Source of the DNA: an uncultured Nitrospiraceae bacterium
GTDB taxonomy: Bacteria > Nitrospirota > Nitrospiria > Nitrospirales > Nitrospiraceae
Length of the DNA stretch: 64,000 bases
Direction of reading: 5' to 3'
NCBI GenBank assembly: GCA_963730935.1
Contig: CAVSTP010000001.1
Span: 1 to 64,000 of the forward strand
The notes under the pieces are model-generated. The model searched no databases and had not been told where the DNA came from. It saw only the letters and a list, made by a program, of their open reading frames with translations. The first letter of the stretch is position 1; each line of letters starts with the position of its first letter. The position numbers and the translations under genes were made by a program. Below, in pieces: positions 19,343 to 29,604 of this stretch.

Positions 19343-20053
19343 GTGACTGACACCATTCGCATCAACAAGTTCTTTACCGAGCACGGTATCTGCTCACGTC
19401 GGGAAGCCGACCGGCTGATCGAAGCAGGACGCGTCACCATCAACAACGTCGTCGCAAAGCTTGGAGACCAGGTCAGCAGCCGGGACGTGATCGCCCGCGA
19501 CGGGCAGGTAATCCCCTGGGGCCAGTCGCGCATTTACCTCAAATATCACAAGCCGGTGGGTGTCACGACGACGAGCGAAGCCCACGTTCCGCGCAATATC
19601 ATCAGAGAGATCGGCCATCCTGAACGCATTTTTCCAATCGGCAGGCTCGACAAGGACTCTTCCGGCCTGATTCTCCTCACCAACGATGGCGACATCGTGA
19701 ACGAGATCCTACGGACCGAGTTTGGGCATGAACGTGAATACGAGGTCACGGTGGATCGCTCGTACGATCAAGCGATGTTGGACCGTCTCTCGGCCGGAGT
19801 CGTCATCCTGGGAAGCAAGACCAAGCCTTGTTGCGCGGAACGTCTCGGTCCAATTCGGTTCAGGATCGTGTTGACGGAAGGCAGAAATCGACAGATTCGA
19901 CGGATGTGCCGGGCAGTCGGCTACAGGGTCATGACCCTGCACCGGGTGAGGATCATGCATATCACTCTGGCTGGTCTGCCGTCAGGGACTTGGAAGCCGC
20001 TCTCGCCACGGGAGCAACAGGAGCTGCTCACCGCTGTCCGGCAAAATCACTGA
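19343..20053 (+). CDS. rRNA pseudouridine synthase, RluF/RluB/RsuA family
   Basis: S4 domain (CSRREADRLI), GRLDKDSSGL, EGRNRQIRRM. Confidence 0.92.
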   Translation: MTDTIRINKFFTEHGICSRREADRLIEAGRVTINNVVAKLGDQVSSRDVIARDGQVIPWGQSRIYLKYHKPVGVTTTSEAHVPRNIIREIGHPERIFPIGRLDKDSSGLILLTNDGDIVNEILRTEFGHEREYEVTVDRSYDQAMLDRLSAGVVILGSKTKPCCAERLGPIRFRIVLTEGRNRQIRRMCRAVGYRVMTLHRVRIMHITLAGLPSGTWKPLSPREQQELLTAVRQNH

Positions 20054-20841
20054 AGCGGTCGAACGCTGAACACCTCAGAGGAGGGTGGGGATTGCCGCTG
20101 AGAGGTACGGCCCGGACGTAACGGTTCCGGATCAGACTCGGACGATTGGTCCGTTTCCCGGCCCGAAGCCCGTGGTTTCGTGAGAAACAGATTGAGCAAT
20201 GCGATGAAGAAGCTTCCCCCGACGAGCATGATACTGGTCGACTGAATCGCCTTCGTGCCTTCGTCACGCATGTCCTTGGCCACGTCGGCCACGGTATCCA
20301 ACAGACGGTCCAACGCGAGGCTGACCTGGATCATCTTGGGGCCGGCGTTGTCGGCAGCATGCTCTTCCGCATTGCGTCGTAGGCGATCGCGCTCAGAAGG
20401 GGAGGAGGCGTTCCACTCACGGGACAGGAGATCGATCGTCGTGCTGGCTGCAGAAAAGTACTGATCCAGACTTTTCCGGACGGCTTCGATGTCTTCCGGT
20501 TCGCTTCTCCCGCTGCGGGAGACACGTAGGCCGGCGGCCGCGTACCGGTCCACGGCGAGTTGGACCCTTGCCCGCTGACCAGGGAGAGACTCGGTAATCC
20601 GTTCGAAATCCTTTTGGCTGTCCGCTTGCAGCGCGCGGATGATCGTGTTGCGATATCGCATCACGTCGGCGGAAATATGCGCCAGATCGGCTGCGCCGAG
20701 CGTGTACTCGGTATACATGATGCGCAGGTCCTGGTCGACGCGGCTCAGCGCACCACCGCTCATCCAGCCGAGGCCTGCAATCAGCAGACTGATCAGCACC
20801 TGAGAGGCGCTGGGACGAAAGGATCGCAGCCACCGTAACAA
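20047..20841 (-). CDS. Membrane protein with a periplasmic four-helix-bundle (4HB_MCP-like) domain and no output domain
   Basis: TM1, then DLRIMYTEYTLGAADLAHI, helical region, TM2 and a short tail. Confidence 0.65.
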   Translation of the reverse strand: MLRWLRSFRPSASQVLISLLIAGLGWMSGGALSRVDQDLRIMYTEYTLGAADLAHISADVMRYRNTIIRALQADSQKDFERITESLPGQRARVQLAVDRYAAAGLRVSRSGRSEPEDIEAVRKSLDQYFSAASTTIDLLSREWNASSPSERDRLRRNAEEHAADNAGPKMIQVSLALDRLLDTVADVAKDMRDEGTKAIQSTSIMLVGGSFFIALLNLFLTKPRASGRETDQSSESDPEPLRPGRTSQRQSPPSSEVFSVRPLQ

Positions 20842-20851
20842 ATAGGCCTCC

Positions 20852-22519
20852 CTACTCCAGAATCAGTCGCCGATCGACATGGGGCGTCAGATTCGGATCG
20901 TTGGATACGAAAATCACCGACCACGGTTCGTCTTTCGAACACAGTCGCCGGAGCAGCGTCTCACGCAGGACCGGCTGCAGGTTGTGGAGGGTGCCGTCGA
21001 AAATCATTATCTGCGGCCGGGCCAGCACGGCGCGCGCCAGCAAAATGCGCATGATATGCGTTGGCGCGAGGATTTTTCCCGGAGCCCGGATGTGGGTTTT
21101 CAGACCCTGTGGCAGCGTATCCACGTCCTCTTCCAATTCGGCAAACCGCAGAGCCCAGCGCACGTCGCTGTAGGGAATATAGGATCGGCCCAGCACAATG
21201 TTGTCTTCGATCGTGCCTTCGAAGAGCGTCAGCTGCGAGTCAATCATGAAGCCACGGCAGCGATTGATGGCGCTCATGTCGATATGGCGCAGATCCACGC
21301 CGTTATACCGGATCAAGCCGCTGGTCGGGGCCTCGAGACCAGCTAGCACGCGAGCCAATGCCGTTTTGGCCACCGTCGAACTGGCGTAGATGCCGATCTT
21401 CTCGCCGGGCGTCACCTCGACATTGAACCGCTCGAAAATCGCAGGTACGCCGGGGTGATGGACTGTCATGTCTTTGCAGGTCAGTCGGATGCCGTGGACC
21501 GTCGGATCGGGAAGCGGGACCGACAAGCCCGACGACTCTTGGTCCTTCGGGAGCGACAGGACGAAATCCAGTTCGCTCAAACCGGTCATGAAGTAAAAGA
21601 TGTGACCCATTCGTTTCACGACCTCGTCAAAACTGGCCAGCAATCCGCTGACGACGACTTCGGCCGCGACGAGTTGTCCGAGCGTCAACTGGCCGATCGA
21701 CAGCAGCCAGGCAGCCGTGGCAATGAGTCCACCGTGCGCGATGGCCTGCCACCCCACTGAGCCCAAGTATTGCCGGATGAGAATCCCGAAGCGGGTCTGC
21801 CTCCGTTCGATGTATTTGCCCACCAACTCGTCGGTCCGCTGCATCAGGATCGCCCGGCTGTCCGTCGCTTTGAAATGCAGCAGGTTGTACGAAATCTCCT
21901 GCATCCAATGGAGGGTGTCGTACTTGGCATGCGACATCTCGATGGTGGCCTTGAGACCGCCGTAGGAGAGCAAAAACACGATGCCGAACCCGGCCAACAG
22001 CAGTGCGTTGTAGAGAAGAAAATACGGATGGTAGAAGACAAGGATTGTCATCCCCACCGCTCCTCCGACGACCACGTTGATGAGGTCGACCAAGAGCACG
22101 GAGAGCGCCCGCTGCATGAATACCGTTTCCATGAAATGATTGGCGTAGCGAGGCTTGAAGCCGAGTACCTGCAGATGCGGAATCTGCTGAGCCATACCGA
22201 TGGCGACCCGGGCGAAGAGCCGCCGTTCCAGCACTTCCACTGCATAGTACTGCAGCGAGCGGAAGGCACCCACGAAGAGCAGAGCCGCAATCATAACACC
22301 GGCCAGCGTGACGATGGTCACGGGCTGGATGGCGAACGCAAAAGTGTTGGTTAGCTCTTGGACTGTCAGAGGAACGATCAGCGCAAACAGGCCGATCGCG
22401 AGCGAGTAGGACACCACGAGGGCCAGCAGACGCCGCTCAAGCCGTAACAGAAGGCCGATGTACCCCACCACGGACTGAAACAGGTTGGGTTGCTCGTCCA
22501 CATGACTCTGCACGGACAC
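20852..22519 (-). CDS. ABC exporter (TMD plus degenerate NBD), type I secretion-like
   Basis: Multi-TM exporter domain with GQLTLGQLVAAE; NBD with LFEGTIEDNI but non-canonical Walker and signature motifs. Confidence 0.85.
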   Translation of the reverse strand: MSVQSHVDEQPNLFQSVVGYIGLLLRLERRLLALVVSYSLAIGLFALIVPLTVQELTNTFAFAIQPVTIVTLAGVMIAALLFVGAFRSLQYYAVEVLERRLFARVAIGMAQQIPHLQVLGFKPRYANHFMETVFMQRALSVLLVDLINVVVGGAVGMTILVFYHPYFLLYNALLLAGFGIVFLLSYGGLKATIEMSHAKYDTLHWMQEISYNLLHFKATDSRAILMQRTDELVGKYIERRQTRFGILIRQYLGSVGWQAIAHGGLIATAAWLLSIGQLTLGQLVAAEVVVSGLLASFDEVVKRMGHIFYFMTGLSELDFVLSLPKDQESSGLSVPLPDPTVHGIRLTCKDMTVHHPGVPAIFERFNVEVTPGEKIGIYASSTVAKTALARVLAGLEAPTSGLIRYNGVDLRHIDMSAINRCRGFMIDSQLTLFEGTIEDNIVLGRSYIPYSDVRWALRFAELEEDVDTLPQGLKTHIRAPGKILAPTHIMRILLARAVLARPQIMIFDGTLHNLQPVLRETLLRRLCSKDEPWSVIFVSNDPNLTPHVDRRLILE

Positions 22520-22611
22520 CCGCCTTTGTTCATCAAGCGGCCGGGGAGCCGCTTCCAGAACCGTTCCCTAACGCTATCAAAGTACAGGGGAAAAAGCCAA
22601 CTCTTCCCCGT

Positions 22612-24093
22612 TCAGTCTCGAGCCCGATACATGACGGGGACGCTCGATGGCATCGACTTACCCCAGGCCCCGATCGACCATTGATACAAGGCCAATGCCT
22701 TCTGATAGTCGGCTTTGGCACGTATTACCTGACCTTCAGAGTCCACGGAGTTGCGCTCACGTAGATTCACGAACAGCACGCTGGTGGCACCCAAACTGAA
22801 CCGAAATCGCTCTCCCTCTTCCAGCGTCTTGGCCAGGCGGAGCGACTCCACCGCGGCGGTAATACGTTCCTTCGCCCGCTCAATGGCCGACAGCGCATTG
22901 TCCACGTCGATGACGACCTGCTGTTCACGAAATTTCTGCGTGAGCACGAAGCGGTCGGCCTTGCCCTGAGCTTCCAGGACTTCGCCGCGGCTCTTCCGCT
23001 GCAAGATGGGAATCCGAAGCTCGAGCCCAAAGCGGTAGCCGAGACCTAGCACGAACTTCTCCGGTTGCCTGGCGGGTGCCGCCTCGGCATCCAGGCTGGG
23101 GAGCAGATTGTTCTTTGCCAGTTCGAGATCGATGTTGTTGAGCTTCGCCTCGATGTCGATCTCTTTGATCTCCGGGCGATCGGCCTTGGCTTGGATCTTG
23201 TGAGCTTTGATCGTTTCCTGAGTCGGAACCAGGACCTGCGCCGGAAACTCCGGCGAGCGCTCCAACGGCGGCAGCACCGGGGCGTTGTTCTCCCAAAGAA
23301 ACATGGACAGCTTCAGCTGCTCTTGTTCCACGAACCGTTGCGCGGCGATCCCTACCTCGCGCCGGCGTTGCACTTCCTGATTGGCCTCGACGACGTCAAG
23401 CGGCGCGACGGCGCCGGCCTTGGCACGGCCTTCGACTTGGCGGAAGCGATCCTCTGCCACGCCGACAGCGCGACGTTGCACTTCAAGGAACTTCACCGCG
23501 GCCACCCAATCCCAGAACTGTGTGGCCGCGGCGAGAAACAGATCCTGCCTGGTTTGGGCAATCCGGACGTCCGCGCGCGGGTCCGCGAGTTCCGATCGTT
23601 GCAGTTCGGCATTTTCCGGATTCGTCATCAGCCCTCGCAAGAGCGGGAAGAACCCGCCGAGGAGGACTTGCTGGTTGCCGTTATTGAAGGAGAGATCTGG
23701 AATTTTGGCATCGCCGATCGCTTGTCTGACGCCGGCCATGTACCGAAATCCCCAGGGATGCCGGGCTTCCATCAGCGTGTCATTGAAGCCGCCGGTCTGG
23801 GTGCCTTTTTCCGGGTTGCTGCTCGAGATAAACCGCTCGAGCTCGGTGTCATTCACGACGGTCGGCTCGAAGGCCCCCAACGCTTTGAGCATCTTCCCGC
23901 GGGCCATCACCTTTTCGGTTCCAGCCCCCTTCAAGAGAGGGTGGGTGCGGTCGATCCACGCATGGATTTCATCAATGCTCAGCGGGATCGGGGGAAGCTC
24001 CCGCTTGTTGGAGGGCTCGGCGGCAATCGTACGACCAGCCAAAAGGCCGAAGCACAACACCAGGCCAGCGACAAGCAGAAATCGTTGGGGCAT
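22612..24093 (-). CDS. TolC-family outer membrane protein
   Basis: Signal peptide; OEP repeats (NNLLPSLD, EGERFRFSLG); AGGAG RBS before ATG 24093. Confidence 0.88.
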   Translation of the reverse strand: MPQRFLLVAGLVLCFGLLAGRTIAAEPSNKRELPPIPLSIDEIHAWIDRTHPLLKGAGTEKVMARGKMLKALGAFEPTVVNDTELERFISSSNPEKGTQTGGFNDTLMEARHPWGFRYMAGVRQAIGDAKIPDLSFNNGNQQVLLGGFFPLLRGLMTNPENAELQRSELADPRADVRIAQTRQDLFLAAATQFWDWVAAVKFLEVQRRAVGVAEDRFRQVEGRAKAGAVAPLDVVEANQEVQRRREVGIAAQRFVEQEQLKLSMFLWENNAPVLPPLERSPEFPAQVLVPTQETIKAHKIQAKADRPEIKEIDIEAKLNNIDLELAKNNLLPSLDAEAAPARQPEKFVLGLGYRFGLELRIPILQRKSRGEVLEAQGKADRFVLTQKFREQQVVIDVDNALSAIERAKERITAAVESLRLAKTLEEGERFRFSLGATSVLFVNLRERNSVDSEGQVIRAKADYQKALALYQWSIGAWGKSMPSSVPVMYRARD

Positions 24094-24187
24094 GGGACAC
24101 ACTCCTTTCATGATGGCGACACGCGAGCGCCTGAGATCGCGATGTGCAAACGAGAGGCAAGATGGACGAGAAGGAATTGGCGAGAAC

Positions 24188-25627
24188 CTATTTCGCACCT
24201 CGTCCTGCCTTCGGCAAGAGGGTGTCGATCAGACTCGGAGGACGCTCTTGATAGTCGGGCGGGAAGAGGTTGAAGCGCCGCCACATTTCATACCACAGCG
24301 GCACACGGTTCAGGATCACCCATCCCATGACCTTGGTCCCCTGGCGGACGTGTTCTTGAGGAGGCCAGGGTTTTTCTTCGGGATCAGGAACGACCCAGAA
24401 GCGGAAATTGCCTTTGCCATCGTCGACCTGATCGATGACCTTGATGACGCCCTGGTAGGTGCCGGCCATCAGTTCGGGCCAGGCCGGTAACGGAATGGCG
24501 GGAATGCCGTAAAACAGGATCTTGACCTTCCGGCCGACATTCAACAGCGGCGCGTCGATACCGTCGGCGACCATCTCGACGGCCTTGTCCGCGCTTTTCG
24601 GTGAGATTCTGACCAGTTTGTCCCCGGCCCTGACGGTCTCGCCGACGCCAGTTTCGGCCATCTTGACCACTGTGCCGTCGATGGGGGCCATGATACGGCT
24701 GGCGACGCGACGTTGCTCGGCGTTCGACATGCGGAGCGACACATCCGCCAGCTGATCGGTGGCCTTGGCAGCTTCGGCAACCGATGCGTCCCGGGCCGCT
24801 TCGGCATCCAACAGACGTTGCAAGACTTCAGCGCTGACCTGTTCCCGTCCGAAACTCAGCGCCTTCATCGCTTGTTCCGCTGCCTTGAGATGGGCCTGCG
24901 CGCCGTTCAGTTCGGCTTTTGTGCCGATGGCCGATTGAATGGTCACCTCGAGTTCACGCTGAGAGACCAATCCCTGTTCGGCCAATTGTTTATGGCGGTC
25001 GACGTTCAATTCGGCGGTGGCAACGGCAATCCTGGCCGCTTCCACCTTTTGATAGGCCTCACGGACATTATTTTCCGCTTCAACCACTCTGGCCTGCGCT
25101 GAGGGCACAGCGGCTTTGACGAGGTTCTGCATCTCCTTGATGCGCTTTTCGAGTTGCTCGGCGCGTCCCAGTGCGGCACGCCGGGTCTCGATCAAGGCCT
25201 GTTTGCGCTGCTGGAGGAGCGAGAGGAGATCAGGCGACATGAAATTAGGATCGTAATCGTCGAGTTCGAGGATGAGATCTCCCTGTTTGACCCGTACGCC
25301 TTCGAAGATGTGCCATTTCCTAATGCGGCCCGTAATTTGCGATTCAATGTCCTGCGGCCGCTCATAGGGTGTATAGGCGGACAATTGGCCGCTCACCGTG
25401 ATGGTCTGCGTCCAGGGCACAAAGGCAATGATCAGTAAAAACAACAGGACGAGCTTGATCGCGAGTCGGGAGGAAAACCTGAGACGTTCGGGGATTTGGA
25501 CGGCTTCCCAGGCGCGCAGCTTACTGGAGGTCGCAAGCTCGTCCACGGCGATTTCATCCAAGCCGCTGGGCCGCTGGACGAGGCGACGGACTTTTTGACG
25601 TAAGCTTTGTCCTAGACTTGCCACCAA
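24188..25627 (-). CDS. HlyD-family membrane fusion protein
   Basis: N-terminal TM, VPWTQT, GRIRKWHIFEGVRVKQGD hybrid motif, long coiled coil, IMAPIDG. Confidence 0.9.
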   Translation of the reverse strand: MVASLGQSLRQKVRRLVQRPSGLDEIAVDELATSSKLRAWEAVQIPERLRFSSRLAIKLVLLFLLIIAFVPWTQTITVSGQLSAYTPYERPQDIESQITGRIRKWHIFEGVRVKQGDLILELDDYDPNFMSPDLLSLLQQRKQALIETRRAALGRAEQLEKRIKEMQNLVKAAVPSAQARVVEAENNVREAYQKVEAARIAVATAELNVDRHKQLAEQGLVSQRELEVTIQSAIGTKAELNGAQAHLKAAEQAMKALSFGREQVSAEVLQRLLDAEAARDASVAEAAKATDQLADVSLRMSNAEQRRVASRIMAPIDGTVVKMAETGVGETVRAGDKLVRISPKSADKAVEMVADGIDAPLLNVGRKVKILFYGIPAIPLPAWPELMAGTYQGVIKVIDQVDDGKGNFRFWVVPDPEEKPWPPQEHVRQGTKVMGWVILNRVPLWYEMWRRFNLFPPDYQERPPSLIDTLLPKAGRGAK

Positions 25628-25804
25628 AGCACCTCATCGGACGCGGCGAACCGTCGAGCCTTCATCATAGAGGAAAGTGACGTAATGGGTCAATTTCTCT
25701 TGAAGAACCGGTATTTATTGCTGCTTCGGCGCGCTTGACCCGTCTGGCGAGAGCCGATAAGGTGGGAGCCCGGCAGTGCCCTTTCACATGACAGGGAGTG
25801 TGGG

Positions 25805-26377
25805 GTGGCAGGCAAAGCAAAGCGTCCCAATGTGCGATCCAGATCGATCGTTTCTTCCCGTCCCATCGTCGGCGTCCTCGGCGGAAGCAAATCTGATTTT
25901 CCGATTCTCGAAAAAGCCGTGGCCGTGTTGGCCGAGTTAGGCATCCCCAACGAACTGATGGTCGTGTCCGCTCACCGGACGCCTGATCGCCTGTTTGCCT
26001 ATGCGGAGCGGGCGCCGACCAGGGGGATTGAAGTGATCATCGCCGGCGCCGGCGGAGCAGCCCATTTGCCAGGCATGCTGGCGGCGAAGACACACCTTCC
26101 CGTGATCGGCGTTCCCATACCGACCGAAAATCTTCGCGGACTCGATTCGCTCCTGTCCATTGTCCAAATGCCGCGCGGCATTCCTGTGGCAACCGTGGCG
26201 ATCGGCGGCGCGGAAAACGCCGGCCTGCTCGCCGCGCAGATTCTGGCCGGCCGATATCCGGAGATCGCCGATCGCGTCAAGGCGTTTCGAACCACTCAAA
26301 CCAGGACTGTGCTGCAGTCGCCGGAAGCCAAGGGCTCCATCGGCGGACCTCAGGACTCCTCTCGTCGTCGCTCGTGA
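25805..26377 (+). CDS. purE: N5-CAIR mutase
   Basis: [37 protein letters not shown]. Confidence 0.96.
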   Translation: MAGKAKRPNVRSRSIVSSRPIVGVLGGSKSDFPILEKAVAVLAELGIPNELMVVSAHRTPDRLFAYAERAPTRGIEVIIAGAGGAAHLPGMLAAKTHLPVIGVPIPTENLRGLDSLLSIVQMPRGIPVATVAIGGAENAGLLAAQILAGRYPEIADRVKAFRTTQTRTVLQSPEAKGSIGGPQDSSRRRS

Positions 26378-27558
26378 CTCCTACAGTGATCGAACCGGGA
26401 TCAGTGCTCGGCGTCCTCGGCGGCGGCCAGTTGGGCGCTCTCTTCACGCGTGCGGCCGCAAAACACGGCTATCGCGTCGCCGTGTGGGATCCTGACCGTG
26501 ACGCTCCGGCGCACCGTCTTGCGGCCCATTCGTTTGCGACGCCGTTCACCGATCGCGAGACATTCACCCGGTTCTCGTCGGCAGTGTCCGCCGTGACCTA
26601 CGAGTGGGAGAATGTCCCGGCTCAGCTCTGCGAGCAGCTCGAGAGGCAGCGGCCCGTGCGGCCTTCCGGCGGTGTCCTACGGTCTATCCAGAATCGCCTC
26701 GTCCAGAAAAGATTTCTTGCCGGGCACGCCTTCCCCGTTCCTCGGTTCGCCCCTCTGACCGATCCAAATGACCTGTCTGACATCGTCCGGGAAGTGGGCT
26801 ATCCCGCCATTTGCAAGACGGCCATGGCGGGCTACGACGGCAAAGGCCAATGGAGGATCGATGAGCCGTCGGCGGTGCCTGGCCTCATTCCGTTGGTTCA
26901 GGCTTCTGCGTTGCCAGGGATGCAATGGATTGTGGAAGCCTGCGTCCCATTTGAACGGGAGCTCTCAATTCTCGTCGCGCGTGGCGTCGACGGAGAGGTG
27001 ATCGTATTTCCGTTGGTGGAGAACGAACACGAGCAGGGGATTCTGCGGATGACGCTCGTCCCTGCTATGGTGCCTTCCGGCGTGGTCGAACGGGCGGAGA
27101 CGCTTGCCCGCGCCGTCATTGAACGCATGGATGGCGTTGGATTGTTCTGTCTCGAATTGTTTCTGCTGCCGGAGGCCGTTGTGTTGATCAATGAGGTCGC
27201 TCCACGCCCGCACAATTCAGGGCATTATACGCTTGATGCCTGTGGCCTCTCCCAGTTCGAACAACAAGTCCGAGCGGTGTGCGGTCTGCCCCCCGAGCCC
27301 GTGCAACTGCTGAGCCCGGCCGCCATGGTCAATCTCATTGGGAAGGATATTCAGACGATCACGCAGGACGCCGGATGTCAACGATTGCTCAGGCTTCCCG
27401 GAGCGTTCCTTCATGACTATGGGAAACGTGAGATACGCCCGCGTAGAAAGATGGGGCATGTGACATTTCTTGGTCAAGACCGCGACATCGCGCGCGAGCG
27501 GGCCGAACAATTACACCGACGCCTTCTCCACACGATCGGCAATCACGGCGTTCCTTGA
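26374..27558 (+). CDS. purK: N5-CAIR synthase
   Basis: [39 protein letters not shown]. Confidence 0.96.
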   Translation: MTPTVIEPGSVLGVLGGGQLGALFTRAAAKHGYRVAVWDPDRDAPAHRLAAHSFATPFTDRETFTRFSSAVSAVTYEWENVPAQLCEQLERQRPVRPSGGVLRSIQNRLVQKRFLAGHAFPVPRFAPLTDPNDLSDIVREVGYPAICKTAMAGYDGKGQWRIDEPSAVPGLIPLVQASALPGMQWIVEACVPFERELSILVARGVDGEVIVFPLVENEHEQGILRMTLVPAMVPSGVVERAETLARAVIERMDGVGLFCLELFLLPEAVVLINEVAPRPHNSGHYTLDACGLSQFEQQVRAVCGLPPEPVQLLSPAAMVNLIGKDIQTITQDAGCQRLLRLPGAFLHDYGKREIRPRRKMGHVTFLGQDRDIARERAEQLHRRLLHTIGNHGVP

Positions 27559-27700
27559 CCGTCAGGACACCTGCCTTCGGCTGTCTCCCACCTGCTCTGC
27601 GGCGTTCGATTTTGTGACTTTCTGAAGGCTTCGGCCGAAACTGCCCGCCCTTGCAGACGCGTTGATGCCCGGAACATCAAGTTTCTCATCGTTCTCAGCG

Positions 27701-27717
27701 TCGGTATGGGACTTGCT
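27701..27717 (+). promoter_or_regulatory. Possible sigma54 promoter (GG-N10-GC), with upstream palindrome TTGATG-N7-CATCAA at 27662-27680
   Basis: tcGGtatgggacttGCt about 30 bp before ATG 27748; imperfect -24 element. Confidence 0.4.
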
Positions 27718-27747
27718 GGGTAAGGATGCTCGGCATCGAGGGGGAAT

Positions 27748-29592
27748 ATGCATACCAGTGCGACCTTTCCCGACACCTTCCCGTCTCCTGGCACAGAGGA
27801 TCACGTCGGCGCAGTCTCCCGGGGGAGGTATGTCATTCTTCAGGCGCTGGTCGGCATCATGCTGGGGTACCAGTTGCTGTTCGGCCCCGAACCCATCGTT
27901 TCTCGGGTCACAAGCGAGTTCATCGTCGGCGGGCTGATCGTGTTGATCGGCTGCTTGCTAGCCGCTCCCTCCTCCATGCTGCAGGCCGCCTGGTTCAGCG
28001 GATCACTGATTACCGTCGACACAGTGCTGGTGACCGGCACCATGTACCTCTCGGGCCATGCCAGATCGGAACTGTACCTGGCCTACTTCATCCTGATGCT
28101 CATCGCCGCCTCACTGCGGCGGCTCTCCCATGTCATCGCGTTTTCGCTTCTGCTCTGCGCCGGCTATGGCGTCGTGCTGTATCAGGGCACTGTGCAGACG
28201 GGGGCGCTGTCGGTCGGCCAGCTGCTGGGCGTGCCGGTCCTCCTCGTGATGGCGATCTTCTACGGCATGGCGCTCGAAACCATCGGATCCGAGCGGCAAC
28301 AAAAGACCCAATTGCTCCACAACATCGAAGCGTTAAAACATACTGAACAGACGCTGCAGGCATCGCGCGAGCAACTGGAGATCCGCATCAAAGGATTGAA
28401 GGACGATCTGTCGAAGGCCAACGCGATGGTCCAGCAGGAAAAGTCTGAACGACAAGGCCTTGAGCGTCAGCTGTTCGAAGCACAAAAGATGGAGGCGATT
28501 GGCCGGATCACGAGTGGCTTGGCCAACGAGTTCAGCCATCTCTTCTCGGTGATCGGCAAGCAGACGGGCGTGGTGCTGTCGCACCTGCTTCCTGAGGACC
28601 CGTTGTACGGGGCGGTCGATGAGATTTTTCGAACGGGGGAGCAGGCGGCCGCTCTAACGGCGCAACTGGCGACGCTCGACCTTCAACACCGGCAATTCCG
28701 TCATGTCATTTCAATGCGGACCGTGATGGAAGATCTCAGTGCGACCATTCGCGGTCTGCTGCCCGAGCGAATCCAATGTCAGATTGCCATTGAACCGGGC
28801 TCGCTTGATGTGGAGGTGGATCGGGAAGGCATTGAGCAAGTGCTGTTAAATCTGGCCGTGAACGCCCGTGATGCCATGCCCAAAGGCGGCCGTTTGACGA
28901 TAGGAGTCTCACCCGTCCACGCAAGCGCCGACGGAAGGCCATTGTTGGGCGACCAGGGACGCGCGTCGGCGGTACGGATCGAGGTCTGCGACACCGGCAG
29001 CGGCATGACGAAGGATACGCAGTCTCGGATGTTCGAACCGTTCTTCTCGACGAAGGAGACCAACGTCGGCCTCGGATTGACGTCGGTCTATGGCATCGTG
29101 AAGCAGCATGGCGGGCGCGTGGACGTCACGAGCCAACCCGGCCACGGAACGACGGTTCGCATTTACCTACCGGCCTTGACCGGTGTGGTCACTGCCACGC
29201 ATCCGGCGGAATACTCGGTCGCCGCGAAAGGCCAAGAAACCATCTTATTGGTTGAGCCCCATGAAATTGAACGGAAACTGGCGCTGTCCACCTTGAGGCG
29301 ACACCGCTATCAGGTCCTGGAGGCGAGTTCGCCGGTCGAGGCCATCATGCTGGCGCAGCAATATACGGGCGCCGTGCATGTCACGGTCAGCGGTCTCCTC
29401 ATGCCGGAGATCAGCGGCCGGGAACTGGCCAAGCGTCTCCTGAAGCAATATCCCCTGATGAAGGCCCTCTTCGTGACCGGCTATGACGACGAGGCAATTA
29501 TCTCCCATCGCATCAATCGGCGTTTTCTCCTGAGACGGCCGTACCGCCAACGCGGCTTGATGGAGAAGGTTCGCGAGCTCATCGACGCCTAA
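27748..29592 (+). CDS. Membrane-bound hybrid histidine kinase-like protein with degenerate H-box and receiver
   Basis: 5-6 TMs and a coiled coil; QKMEAIGRITSGLANEF, NLAVNARDAM, DTGSGM, EPFFSTK, GLGL; C-terminal pseudo-receiver. Confidence 0.88.
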   Translation: MHTSATFPDTFPSPGTEDHVGAVSRGRYVILQALVGIMLGYQLLFGPEPIVSRVTSEFIVGGLIVLIGCLLAAPSSMLQAAWFSGSLITVDTVLVTGTMYLSGHARSELYLAYFILMLIAASLRRLSHVIAFSLLLCAGYGVVLYQGTVQTGALSVGQLLGVPVLLVMAIFYGMALETIGSERQQKTQLLHNIEALKHTEQTLQASREQLEIRIKGLKDDLSKANAMVQQEKSERQGLERQLFEAQKMEAIGRITSGLANEFSHLFSVIGKQTGVVLSHLLPEDPLYGAVDEIFRTGEQAAALTAQLATLDLQHRQFRHVISMRTVMEDLSATIRGLLPERIQCQIAIEPGSLDVEVDREGIEQVLLNLAVNARDAMPKGGRLTIGVSPVHASADGRPLLGDQGRASAVRIEVCDTGSGMTKDTQSRMFEPFFSTKETNVGLGLTSVYGIVKQHGGRVDVTSQPGHGTTVRIYLPALTGVVTATHPAEYSVAAKGQETILLVEPHEIERKLALSTLRRHRYQVLEASSPVEAIMLAQQYTGAVHVTVSGLLMPEISGRELAKRLLKQYPLMKALFVTGYDDEAIISHRINRRFLLRRPYRQRGLMEKVRELIDA

Positions 29593-29604
29593 CGCCCTCG
29601 ACCG

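Noticed and set aside
23065..24490. Long antisense ORFs (402 and 369 aa) opposite tolC, and similar ones opposite glnS, ALDH and LOG
   Set aside because: These are shadow ORFs typical of high-GC coding regions, with no recognisable motifs or RBS.
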